Shown: piece by piece, positions 1 through 9,749 of the stretch
How the letters are laid out: each line of letters begins with the position of its first letter
Numbering within the stretch: position 1 is the stretch's first letter
IMG/VR virus record: IMGVR_UViG_3300017914_002346
Source: a virus
Lineage: Duplodnaviria > Caudoviricetes
Strand: one strand, 5' to 3'
Length of the DNA stretch: 64,000 nucleotides
Translations under genes and position numbers: made by a program
Notes under the pieces: model-generated
What the model saw: only the letters and a program-made list of their open reading frames with translations
Databases searched by the model: none
Told to the model about the DNA's origin: nothing

Positions 1-25
1 TAAAATCGTCAATACGTACTGTCAT
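1..25 (-). CDS. gp19: Start of tail tube protein (partial, runs off the window edge)
   Basis: ATG at 25-23 immediately after the gp18 stop, preceded by GGAG; reads MTVRIDDF, resembling T4-like gp19 N-termini; canonical gp18-gp19 order. Confidence 0.6.
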
Positions 26-26
26 C

Positions 27-2132
27 TTAAGCTCCTGCTACCTCACTAAATGATACTCCAGTTCTCACAGCAACAAAGTTCAGTGTAATGAAGTTAATTG
101 AGCGAGCTGGCTTCAGGTAGATATCAGCTACGAATTGATTAGAGTCGATAACCTGACCTGTGTTATTAGATGTATCACAAACAACCTTAAAGTCAGTTAA
201 ACCTCTTCTTGCTTGTACTTCAGCAAGAAATGGCTCAATAGCATTAACGAATGTTCTTCTTGTCAAGTCATCGTTAAACTCGAACAATTGGAACTTAGCA
301 GCTGTTGCAATTGCTTTTTCAAGAACAATGAACAATCTACGTACGTTAATTCTATCAAACGCAGAAGGCCTAGACAATGCTGTCTTATCACCGTATAACA
401 GAGTACCCTGACCTCTAAAGGTTACGATAGGGTTAATTCTGTTAGGATAGAGCTGATCTCTATCTGTTTGATTTGGATTGAATGATAATTTAACAACGTT
501 CTGGATAAACCCTCTGTTTAAACCAGCAGGTGAATACCAAGCTTCGTTAGTAAATTCTGTTCTTGCTGTTAAACCTGCTGTATCAGGGTTAATTGGCATC
601 CAGAAATACTCGTCGTTATATCTATCATACTGTCTCTTCCAGCTTGAATCGAATACAGCATATGAAGTAGAGTTAATGTCTGAGAAATAGTCAATAACTT
701 TAGTTGCTGTTGGATTGTTTACAGCTGCAGAATAGCTAGGTGATAAGAACGCTATAGCATCTTTCCTTTTCTCTGCAATTGTTATAACATGTTTTTGTAC
801 TGTTTTCGATCTTTCACCAGTAATAAGTAGATTTACATCAATAACCTGATCATCGTTTAATAGGTCATAAGCAGTTGTATAGTTACCATCAGTAATAGAT
901 GAACCATCATTACCACCACCTAATGTATATCTTCTTAAACCAGTTAAGCTTACATTTGTTAACAAATACTTAAATCTATTTGATGTAGCTAAGTTTGTTA
1001 ATGTATCACCAATTGAACTTAAAGCAGTACCACCTGAACCATCAGAGTCAATAGTAGATGATTGTGCTTTGGTTTCTTCATTAAGAAGATAAACCCAATT
1101 AGAAGCATCATTAACTGCATCTACATAGAAGTTACCTGCACCGTCTGCTGTTTTACTATTTTTAGCTTTAGATAAGTATGCATATGTTTCTAATGTTTCA
1201 TTTGCTGTACCGGTAATCTTTGTATCTGTAGTATAGATAACAACATGAACTTCATCGAATAATGTGTTCGTGTAATTACCCGCCCATGTTGATGTACCTG
1301 GTCTTGTATCGAACAAATCAGCGCCTGTAGTGTTACCATATAGCTTATAATTCTTAAAGTCAGAATCGTTTATAGAAGCATCCATGATATAGATACCAAT
1401 ACTATTTCCTAACTCACCAGGGAATCTAGCATATACTGAACCGTTAACAAGTGTTGATTTTTCTACTTCAAAGTCATCAAAGTTATTAATTTGAGCTGAA
1501 GTAATTCTAGTTGTTGTACTTGCACTTGTATTTGACAAGAATGTAAATGTTACGCCGTTTACTGTCTGTGCAGCTGGTAAGGTAATACCTGTTGCAGAAT
1601 ATTTTAATGTGGGGTCTACAATACCTGCAATACCATCTGAGTCAGCAGTAACTGATGAGAAACCATCACTATCCATTGCTTCTCTCATTGCATCAAGTAC
1701 TGAATCTAATGTTAATGCATCAGCACTAAATGAAACTTCTGTTGTTCCGTCTACCTTTACATCAAATCCTGATGCAGAAGGTGTACCTGATAATACAACT
1801 GAAATTGTTGAAGAAGAACCAACAACCGGCTCTGATGCACTATTTCTTGCACCATCAGAGATTGCTCTAACTACTTGTAATTGATTTGCATAACCAAGGA
1901 AGTTAGCTGCTGCGTACCAATCATCTCTTGTACTTGAGGCCGCGTTTGTTGAAACTTTTGGGTATCCAAATTTAGCGAGAAGATCTTTCTCTGAAGATAC
2001 CGTTGTTACTTCTAACGCTGGACCCCATTCGAAAATACCAGCAAAGCCACCAATAGACGTTGCTACTGCTGGAATAATGTTGGTAAGATCTTTCTCTACG
2101 ATTTGTACACCTGGACTAACTAAAAATGCCAT
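27..2132 (-). CDS. gp18: Contractile tail sheath protein
   Basis: N-terminus FLVSPGVQIVEKDLT..F.WGP; C-terminal WYSPAGLNRG, LYGDKT, FDRINVRRLF, FEFND, KPARSINFITLNFVA typical of T4-like sheath. Confidence 0.97.
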   Translation of the reverse strand: MAFLVSPGVQIVEKDLTNIIPAVATSIGGFAGIFEWGPALEVTTVSSEKDLLAKFGYPKVSTNAASSTRDDWYAAANFLGYANQLQVVRAISDGARNSASEPVVGSSSTISVVLSGTPSASGFDVKVDGTTEVSFSADALTLDSVLDAMREAMDSDGFSSVTADSDGIAGIVDPTLKYSATGITLPAAQTVNGVTFTFLSNTSASTTTRITSAQINNFDDFEVEKSTLVNGSVYARFPGELGNSIGIYIMDASINDSDFKNYKLYGNTTGADLFDTRPGTSTWAGNYTNTLFDEVHVVIYTTDTKITGTANETLETYAYLSKAKNSKTADGAGNFYVDAVNDASNWVYLLNEETKAQSSTIDSDGSGGTALSSIGDTLTNLATSNRFKYLLTNVSLTGLRRYTLGGGNDGSSITDGNYTTAYDLLNDDQVIDVNLLITGERSKTVQKHVITIAEKRKDAIAFLSPSYSAAVNNPTATKVIDYFSDINSTSYAVFDSSWKRQYDRYNDEYFWMPINPDTAGLTARTEFTNEAWYSPAGLNRGFIQNVVKLSFNPNQTDRDQLYPNRINPIVTFRGQGTLLYGDKTALSRPSAFDRINVRRLFIVLEKAIATAAKFQLFEFNDDLTRRTFVNAIEPFLAEVQARRGLTDFKVVCDTSNNTGQVIDSNQFVADIYLKPARSINFITLNFVAVRTGVSFSEVAGA

Positions 2133-2159
2133 TGTGAACTCCTGTATAAACTCTTTCTT

Positions 2160-2167
2160 TATTTATT
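2160..2167 (-). promoter_or_regulatory. T4-type late promoter candidate (AATAAATA) upstream of gp18
   Basis: One mismatch to TATAAATA, intergenic, about 28 nt upstream of the ATG. Confidence 0.6.
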
Positions 2168-2172
2168 TTTTC

Positions 2173-3495
2173 CTAAACCCTTCTGATGATGAAGCTACCA
2201 GCATCAAAGGTCTCTATAACTTCCGCATTAAATGTCATATCTGTAAAGTCATCTTTAAATCTAAAATGTATTGAATCATCAGATGCTAATCCTGAATCTA
2301 AATCAATATACATCTTATCAATATATTGCATTGCAAGTGAGTTGCTGTTTACTGAATATATAATAAATCTTATTACGTTTTCAAATGCTGTGCCTTCAGC
2401 AACAACAAACTCTTGACTTACAATTTCTCCGCCACCTAAACCACTAATAGCCCACTTAAATGTAGTTTCTTCTGATAAAGTAGCACCTGTCTGTACATAA
2501 TCTACTGCAATAATATCTGAATCAGATGTAACAACTGCAGCAGGCGGGTTAATAGTATTTGATGAACCTACTCCTAATAATTTTTCTAGTGCTGCAATTC
2601 TTGTTAAATGTGAATCAGTTTCTTTTGTAATTGAAGTGTGTAGTGAATCACTATCTAAGTCAGATCCACCTATTCTGTTTAGATTAATAGTTCTAACAAT
2701 TCTATCTGAATCAAAGTGATCTGAATCTTCTAGTCTAGTTAATCTAGTTCTAATAATTGTAATTCTGTCTCTTGTATAACCTTCTTCTGAATCAAAGTCA
2801 TCTTCAACTACATTTAATCTTCCGCTAATATGTTGTAGTTTCTCTTCATCAGAATCTAGTCTTCTGTAAATATCTGTTAAATCAAGATTTTCAGAATCAA
2901 TATCAGATCTCAAAGCTCTAACTTCTAATGATTCTGAATCCATATCAGATCTAAGTTTTGCTATATCTTCTTCGTTCTGAGTAACTTTTTCTAATAATCT
3001 TCCATCACTATCTAAAGTAGATACAATATTTCTAATTCTTTCTGCATCTGAATCTGCATTACGTTTAAGATGCTCAATAGCAATCATATCACTATCAAGA
3101 CGTCTAATAATATCTAACAATTCTGTCTGATCAGAATCAAGTAAGGTTTGTAATTCGTCTATTCTCTTTTGTAAATGTTGAATGACAGTAGAGTCGGAAT
3201 CTCTATCTGACATTAATTGATCTACATCATTTCTAAGAGTTGAAACTACTGCTAAATCAGAATCAGTAAAGAGACTATTCTCTCTAACCATACTTCTAAT
3301 TTGATCAGAATCAAATCCTGAACCTCCACTTCCAGCAGAATGTTCATTAATAAGATCAACAATGTAATCCGAGTCTATATTGACTCGAAATACACCTTCG
3401 TAATCACTATTCTCATTATAATCAACAATGATTCCAGGGCCGGCTTCGACCCTGACCATCATGGGATAAAAATCTGAATCAAAATTGTAAGCCAT
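2173..3495 (-). CDS. DSD-rich coiled-coil virion protein (fibre/whisker-like), 440 aa
   Basis: Heptad pattern with DSD/DSE often 14 aa apart (about 17 copies by hand count); shares the GFDSDQI module with neighbouring fibre genes. Confidence 0.65.
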   Translation of the reverse strand: MAYNFDSDFYPMMVRVEAGPGIIVDYNENSDYEGVFRVNIDSDYIVDLINEHSAGSGGSGFDSDQIRSMVRENSLFTDSDLAVVSTLRNDVDQLMSDRDSDSTVIQHLQKRIDELQTLLDSDQTELLDIIRRLDSDMIAIEHLKRNADSDAERIRNIVSTLDSDGRLLEKVTQNEEDIAKLRSDMDSESLEVRALRSDIDSENLDLTDIYRRLDSDEEKLQHISGRLNVVEDDFDSEEGYTRDRITIIRTRLTRLEDSDHFDSDRIVRTINLNRIGGSDLDSDSLHTSITKETDSHLTRIAALEKLLGVGSSNTINPPAAVVTSDSDIIAVDYVQTGATLSEETTFKWAISGLGGGEIVSQEFVVAEGTAFENVIRFIIYSVNSNSLAMQYIDKMYIDLDSGLASDDSIHFRFKDDFTDMTFNAEVIETFDAGSFIIRRV

Positions 3496-3503
3496 ATATA
3501 CTA

Positions 3504-3534
3504 CTCAACTTTAATATATTTATATAAAGTTGAG
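3504..3534 (-). promoter_or_regulatory. Perfect late promoter TATAAATA (3524-3517) in the loop of a 10-bp inverted repeat
   Basis: CTCAACTTTA (3504-3513) pairs with TAAAGTTGAG (3525-3534); the loop holds the promoter; ATG at 3495. Confidence 0.75.
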
Positions 3535-3535
3535 A

Positions 3536-6073
3536 CTAGAGTTCATACTCTGCAGTTGGTGGTGTAAAGTTAGCAGTGTATCTTGCAAGACCTCTAGTAA
3601 ATCTTAAATCTTGTATGTATCCATGGAATTGATTGTTAGATAAATTATATCCGTTAGCACCTATGACAGGCGCGGCAACTCCATGATTATAACCATTTGT
3701 ATCTGAATACGTACCATCACTTACACCATCAGTATACAAAGTTGTTGTTCCATTATTTCTAACTAATGCAATATGATACCAAGTATCTACAGATAAGACA
3801 CTACCGGTAATTCTATTAGCTTGCTGAGCATATAATTTTATTCCAGCGCTAGAGTCATGAGTAATAGTTATATATGCACCGTTAGTGTTTCTAGGTCTAG
3901 TATCAAATATTGTCATACTATGATCAACTGCATTTAAGCGCATCCAAAATTCTATAGTAAAGTCATCTATTCCTCCTACACCAACTATACCTTTATTGTT
4001 ATTAGTATTAGTTTCATTTTCCCCAATAATATAATCACCATTTCCATCAAAATAAATTGCAGAAGACGTTGTAAATTTTCTTTCTGTAGTTGAAGCTATA
4101 ACATTACCAACAGTTCTAAAAGTGATACTACCGGTAGCATCATAGATATTAGTATCACTTTTATTGTTCATAATAAAAACAGTATTAGTATCAAAAGTAA
4201 CAGGTTCTGTAGGAACATCAATATAATCTCCTACTGTGTAAAGAGCTGTACCTTTAGTAATCTTTACATCAGCTATATAACCGTCAACATAGTTATTAAC
4301 ACCTCTATTAACTCCTATTTGTATATTGTCATCTGTAGAATAGTTTACTGTATCTGCAATATCACTTACCGCTCTAATACCATTGACCCACATTTGTGAC
4401 ACTGATGATTTTCTCTGTACTACAACATGATGCCATGCATCTCTTACGCCTAGTCCAGTAGTAGAATCTTGATTTCCTGTCCCTCTAGCATATCTAAATT
4501 TATCACTAGAGTAATAAATTTGCCACGTATTTCCTGATGAACCTGCATCAGTGGAGCTTATAAAAGGATCGTTGGCAGCACTAGGATTTGTTTCTGGTCT
4601 CCACCATAATTCAACAGTAAAGTCTCCAGTACCAAAATTGCCTATACCTGTGCCTGCAGCTGTTTTTACATAGTCTCCGTCACCATCCATGTATAAAGAA
4701 CCACCGTTAGTGCCCGGTATCCAAGGTTCATAATTATATGGCCCAAACGGGTATGTATTAGGAAAACTATTATTTGCTAGGGCAATTCTATTTGTTGATT
4801 TATCAATGTGACATGGTGCACCACATCCTAAAAATTGAGTATTAGTTATTGCTGTTAATGGTTCTGTTGGAGGGGTAAATGCACCAGTATATACAGCTGA
4901 GCCTATGACTACTCTTAAATCTCGTATGTAGCCTGTGTAGTATGCACCGTTACCTCCACCATTTCTAAAACCATAACCAATTCTCAATCTCGGGTTAGCA
5001 TCAGTATAACCACCACTAATAGCGAGACTTGATTGCTCGACCCCATCTACATATGATTTTAATGTACCTCCATTTCTTACAATGGCAATGTGATACCATG
5101 TTCTATTACTTACGGATGATACTAAAGTTTCCGCTGATTCTAAATTCCAAGTTGAATTATCTGATGATGAATAGAAAGTAAGGTTACCGCTAGCAACGTA
5201 AATTAGTAACGGACCTCTTAATACATCAGATGGAGCAAGTTCCAGTACAGTGCTTGTATTATACCAGTTTGTAGAGTATACCCAACACTCAACTGTCCAA
5301 TCATCGCTTCCAAACTTTAAGTTAGCATTATTATCTGTTTCTAATCTATCATCTGTACCATCAAACCATGTACTATAACCACCTGAACGATATGGTGATA
5401 AGGATGAAGATTGCGTTGAGCCGGCTCTTGTAAATAGTATCCCATCTGAATTTTCAGAATCTAGATAGACTAGGTCACCGTTGGCTATATTATTACCTGT
5501 AGCTCTCATTAACATAGTAGTGTAAGCAGAATTATCTATTATATTACTAAATGATAATGTGAATGATGAAACCGCATCTGTTTGATTAACACCATCTGAA
5601 GCTCTAAATGTAACACTACCCGTATTGGATGCTGATGGCACTCCGTTTTCACTGTCAGGTGTTACAGTAAAAATTCTACCATTATCAGAATCTTTTGTTA
5701 TTGTTGCAAAAGTGTCAAAATCACTATCTGTAATAGCGGTGAATGTTATTGGCAATCCTTCAGAATCAACTGCATTAATAGTAATAGTTGTAGCAGTACC
5801 ATCATTATTAAGTTCATATGAACCTGCAGGTGAAGTTGTGTAATAAGGTGAAGTGTTAATAAGAGCAATATTATACCAACCAGAACCTGACCATAGGTAT
5901 AATCTATTAGTTGCTGTTACGTAGCCTTGGTCTCCTTGGGTGTTACCGCTTACAGGTAGATCATCTGTACTTGACACCACAATCATTTCTGTTAGATCAG
6001 CAGTCACGTAATTTTTATTGATTGTATTATTATCGTTAATACTTCTAGATAAAGCTCTGGATTTACTTGTCAT
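3536..6073 (-). CDS. Virion protein with three LamG/concanavalin A-like domains, 845 aa
   Basis: Three units with D(F/W)T(V/I)E.W ... W.H(I/V)A.VR ... GYI.D.R ... YT..FTPP; N-terminal module shared with two neighbours. Confidence 0.8.
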   Translation of the reverse strand: MTSKSRALSRSINDNNTINKNYVTADLTEMIVVSSTDDLPVSGNTQGDQGYVTATNRLYLWSGSGWYNIALINTSPYYTTSPAGSYELNNDGTATTITINAVDSEGLPITFTAITDSDFDTFATITKDSDNGRIFTVTPDSENGVPSASNTGSVTFRASDGVNQTDAVSSFTLSFSNIIDNSAYTTMLMRATGNNIANGDLVYLDSENSDGILFTRAGSTQSSSLSPYRSGGYSTWFDGTDDRLETDNNANLKFGSDDWTVECWVYSTNWYNTSTVLELAPSDVLRGPLLIYVASGNLTFYSSSDNSTWNLESAETLVSSVSNRTWYHIAIVRNGGTLKSYVDGVEQSSLAISGGYTDANPRLRIGYGFRNGGGNGAYYTGYIRDLRVVIGSAVYTGAFTPPTEPLTAITNTQFLGCGAPCHIDKSTNRIALANNSFPNTYPFGPYNYEPWIPGTNGGSLYMDGDGDYVKTAAGTGIGNFGTGDFTVELWWRPETNPSAANDPFISSTDAGSSGNTWQIYYSSDKFRYARGTGNQDSTTGLGVRDAWHHVVVQRKSSVSQMWVNGIRAVSDIADTVNYSTDDNIQIGVNRGVNNYVDGYIADVKITKGTALYTVGDYIDVPTEPVTFDTNTVFIMNNKSDTNIYDATGSITFRTVGNVIASTTERKFTTSSAIYFDGNGDYIIGENETNTNNNKGIVGVGGIDDFTIEFWMRLNAVDHSMTIFDTRPRNTNGAYITITHDSSAGIKLYAQQANRITGSVLSVDTWYHIALVRNNGTTTLYTDGVSDGTYSDTNGYNHGVAAPVIGANGYNLSNNQFHGYIQDLRFTRGLARYTANFTPPTAEYEL

Positions 6074-8601
6074 AGTTCGAACTCTGCTGCTGGTGGTGTA
6101 AAGTTTTCAGTGTATCTTGCCAATCCATTAGTAATCATGAAATCTTGTATGTATCCATTTAAATCATATATATATGATCCACTTTTACCTAAAGCACCAA
6201 TATTTAAGTCGTCAGATGGAAACTGTACTGCAGACGAAGAGGTACCCATAGATGTTCCTGTGCCATTTATATAAGAACTAAAATCAGTTCCGTTTCTTAC
6301 TAAAGCAATATGATTCCACTGATCGTCAATTAAAGTAGTAGTTGTGTTTGTTACATTATTAAGTATATCCCAAGAACTACCGTTGCTTGTTGCTGCAGCA
6401 ACAAGCTGTCTTGATGCATTTACATATACCGCCAACCATTTGAATTCACTACCAGTATCATTTCTTTTTGCAAATAGTCCATTATTAGCAACATTAGCAC
6501 TCCAATCATCACTCCAAACCCACATTTCAATAGTAAAATCATTAGTTGCTAAATCCATTGCTTGCGAAGATGGAACATCTATTCTATCTCCAGTGCCATC
6601 AAAGTAAACCGCTGATGATGTAGTAAACTTTCTTTGTGTAGTAGATGATGTAGTATTTGCTTGTAATATAAATGTATTTGCTCCGGATGCATCATAAACA
6701 TTTACATCTGATTTGTTTTGCATTAACACTTCTGTATTTGTAATATGACTTAATGGTGCAGTTGGTGGAGTAAAATTCGCTGTATATACAACACTTCCTG
6801 GAGTGTATCTAAAGTCTGCAACGTAAGCTTTTAAATCATAATTATTAGTATTGTATGCACCTATACGGACTCTATTAGACGCTGCAGGTGTATATGTATG
6901 CGAACCGGCAAGTCTTCCATTTATATACCCTTTGGTTGTTGTACTGCTTCTTGTGACCGCAACATGATTCCAAGTATTAAGAGTAAGAGCTTCCTCTGTA
7001 AATGAAGCTTGTGCTTGCGCACCGTTATCGACTCTTATATTTGATCCTGATGCACCTCCGTACCAAATGTTTGTACCTTGTGTTGAACCACTATTAAAGT
7101 GCACTATTGTTTGTTGATCTGTAAGATTATCCCATGGTCTTACCCAAAATTCTACAGTATAATTTCCAACGACAGTAGTTAAATTACTAGCAGAAACAAT
7201 GCTTGTGTTATCGCCATCAAAGTAAACAGAACCAATATCACTATCTGCCCATGTAGAGAAATCATATGGGCCAAATGGATATGTAGCTGGTGTATTAGTA
7301 ACCGTAATACCAAACCCATTAGTAGAACCGTCTATAAAGTTTGGAGCATGACACACTAAAAGCTTGGTATTTGCTACTGGTACTAATGCTTCTGTTGGAG
7401 GTGTGAAGGCCGCGGTATATACTGCAGTTCCTACTGTATATCTTAAATCTCTAATATATCCATTATAGTAACGACCATAATATCCATCTCTACCAATTGT
7501 GTATGCACCGTTAATGTCAGCACAAGTTGCTGATGAAGTACCAGTTCCTCTACTTACTCCATCAACATAGATAGTAAATGCACTACTATTTCTAACAAGA
7601 GCAATATGATGCCATTGACCATCACAAACATCAACTCCAGAAGTATTGACTAAAGGAGTTGATGTGCTATAATTTGCAAAGTAAAATGCAACGTCACCTG
7701 CAGAAGCACTTGCTCTGTTGAGCATCAATGTCCACATTCCAGAAGCAAAAGAATTAGGAGTTCTTGCTATTAAAGTATCATATCTATCTTCGTTTGTGGT
7801 ATTAATCCACATTTCAATGGTGAAATTACTGTTACCTAATTCAAATGCTGAGTTATCACCAACAGAGAGATAACCCGAGCCATCAAAGTAAGTACTGTAT
7901 CCTCCAGCTCGATAAGGTGTAAATGTGGATGCTTCTGGACCACCACCTTCTGTAAATCCTGTAGACACATCAGATGAGTTCTGGTAAGTGATAGCATAAT
8001 TAGTTGCACTATTACCTGCTGCTTTCATTAGTAATACAGTTTCAGCTGAGTTATCCACTATGTTACTAATTGCAAACGCTACTGTAAAGGTAGCTTCTGT
8101 CACTGCAATATTAACTCCGTCTGAAGCTTTGAATACAACTTCTCCGCTGCCACTGGTTTCATTAACAATAGCGTCACTATCAGTTTTGATAATAAATGTT
8201 CTTCCATTATCACTATCTTTAGTTATAGATGCAATGTTTGTAAAATCTGAATCAGGAACAGCTGTATAGGTTAAAGGTACATCGTCACTATCAATTGCGT
8301 AAACTGTTATTCTTATTTCAGAATCAGCTACTTGAAGTAAAGTATAATCACTATCAGGAGCTGTAACCCAGTGAGGACTAAAAGTGTTTATAAGCGCTAT
8401 CTTATACCAACCAGAACCAGACCAGTTGTAAAGCAAGTCTGTACCAGTAACGTAAGCCTTATCTCCAGTAGAGTTACCTGTTGTAGGTAAATCATCTGTT
8501 GAGTTATAAACAGTAACTGAAGGACCTATATTGATAAACGTACCCTTAATAGCCGTTTTATTTGCATCCATTAATCTTGAAATTACTCTTGCTTTTGTCA
8601 T
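6070..8601 (-). CDS. Paralogous virion protein with three LamG-like domains, 843 aa
   Basis: Same architecture as 3536-6073; near-identical C-terminus ARYT.NFTPP.AE.EL. Confidence 0.8.
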   Translation of the reverse strand: MTKARVISRLMDANKTAIKGTFINIGPSVTVYNSTDDLPTTGNSTGDKAYVTGTDLLYNWSGSGWYKIALINTFSPHWVTAPDSDYTLLQVADSEIRITVYAIDSDDVPLTYTAVPDSDFTNIASITKDSDNGRTFIIKTDSDAIVNETSGSGEVVFKASDGVNIAVTEATFTVAFAISNIVDNSAETVLLMKAAGNSATNYAITYQNSSDVSTGFTEGGGPEASTFTPYRAGGYSTYFDGSGYLSVGDNSAFELGNSNFTIEMWINTTNEDRYDTLIARTPNSFASGMWTLMLNRASASAGDVAFYFANYSTSTPLVNTSGVDVCDGQWHHIALVRNSSAFTIYVDGVSRGTGTSSATCADINGAYTIGRDGYYGRYYNGYIRDLRYTVGTAVYTAAFTPPTEALVPVANTKLLVCHAPNFIDGSTNGFGITVTNTPATYPFGPYDFSTWADSDIGSVYFDGDNTSIVSASNLTTVVGNYTVEFWVRPWDNLTDQQTIVHFNSGSTQGTNIWYGGASGSNIRVDNGAQAQASFTEEALTLNTWNHVAVTRSSTTTKGYINGRLAGSHTYTPAASNRVRIGAYNTNNYDLKAYVADFRYTPGSVVYTANFTPPTAPLSHITNTEVLMQNKSDVNVYDASGANTFILQANTTSSTTQRKFTTSSAVYFDGTGDRIDVPSSQAMDLATNDFTIEMWVWSDDWSANVANNGLFAKRNDTGSEFKWLAVYVNASRQLVAAATSNGSSWDILNNVTNTTTTLIDDQWNHIALVRNGTDFSSYINGTGTSMGTSSSAVQFPSDDLNIGALGKSGSYIYDLNGYIQDFMITNGLARYTENFTPPAAEFEL

Positions 8602-8603
8602 AA

Positions 8604-9749
8604 TTATTTAAACCATATTGCGTGTACACCTGAAATACCATTTGCTTCGTGTATTCTAAAGAACGGCGCTGATCCTGAATAAGAATCACTGTATGAATAA
8701 GTCATAGTAGTCTCTGCTGATTCCATACTTGAAGGCGTTCCAAGGGAACCTTGAATTTGCACATATCCCCCTGAAGCATTAAGTGTGGTTGCACCTGGTC
8801 CGGCTACTACTTTAATTTCAGAAACACCGCTAATGTCTATATTATTTGCATCTGTATCTGGAGACCAATCAATAGTTGCGGTATCGCTTGAACCATTAAA
8901 AAATGCAAAATATCCGTCTTTAGGTACATAACTTCCAAAAGCACCACTAGTGGTACCGTCATGATAATGATCAACGCCGCTTAATGAAAACCCGTTACTA
9001 GCAGCATTTGTAATAATATATGAATTTTTAATTAGGGATTGTTTCCATGCTGGGTATGTGCTTGCTGGTGATAAGGAACCGCCTGTACCAAAAGATGCAT
9101 AAAGAGCATGACTTCCATCGAAGTAGACTGACTTTGTAACTCCGCCCATCGAAATAGAATATATACCAGCAGGTTCACCGGCATCTACAAGATCTTGTAC
9201 AGATCTTTCAACAATATATGTTACAGTAGAAGTTTTATTTAAAATGTTAATGCCATCAGTTACGCTAAACACCACCTGTCCTGTTTGACCATCTTCACTA
9301 TCAAATACATCTTTTAAAGACACGGTGAATGTTCTACCATTATCTGAATCTTTTGTAACTGTAGCAAACTGATTAAAATCAGAATCAGTTGTTGTGGTAT
9401 AAGTTAAAATAGTAGTACCATCTGAATCAGCTGCTTCAATTACAATTACTATTTCAGAATCTAAATTATTATCACCTTTATCAAAAACATAATCACTATC
9501 TGGTTCTGTTACCCAGTAAGGAGTTTGGTTTATTAAAGCTATTGTATACCACCCAGCCCCTGACCACAAATAAAGTCTATTAGTGTTAGAAACATATGCT
9601 TGATCACCTGCATCATTTCCTGATACTGGTAAGTCATCTACAGTCGCGTATACGGTAGTCTCTACTTGATCTGGTTGTAGAGCTTCTTTAATTTCATTAT
9701 TTTCATTTAATAGAGAAGCTATTGCTCTTCCTCTAGAACTAAATGACAT
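8604..9749 (-). CDS. Virion protein with the shared N-terminal module and a different C-terminal domain
   Basis: DDLPVSGN.AGDQAYV..TNRLYLWSG.GWY.IALIN and TKDSDNGRTFTV shared with both LamG proteins; ATG at 9749 overlaps the upstream TAA. Confidence 0.7.
   Translation of the reverse strand: MSFSSRGRAIASLLNENNEIKEALQPDQVETTVYATVDDLPVSGNDAGDQAYVSNTNRLYLWSGAGWYTIALINQTPYWVTEPDSDYVFDKGDNNLDSEIVIVIEAADSDGTTILTYTTTTDSDFNQFATVTKDSDNGRTFTVSLKDVFDSEDGQTGQVVFSVTDGINILNKTSTVTYIVERSVQDLVDAGEPAGIYSISMGGVTKSVYFDGSHALYASFGTGGSLSPASTYPAWKQSLIKNSYIITNAASNGFSLSGVDHYHDGTTSGAFGSYVPKDGYFAFFNGSSDTATIDWSPDTDANNIDISGVSEIKVVAGPGATTLNASGGYVQIQGSLGTPSSMESAETTMTYSYSDSYSGSAPFFRIHEANGISGVHAIWFK

Noticed and set aside
3536-8601. 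Similar 3' ends of the two LamG genes as a diversity-generating retroelement TR/VR pair
   Set aside because: Both copies are coding ends of full paralogs, differences are not confined to adenines, and no reverse transcriptase is present.
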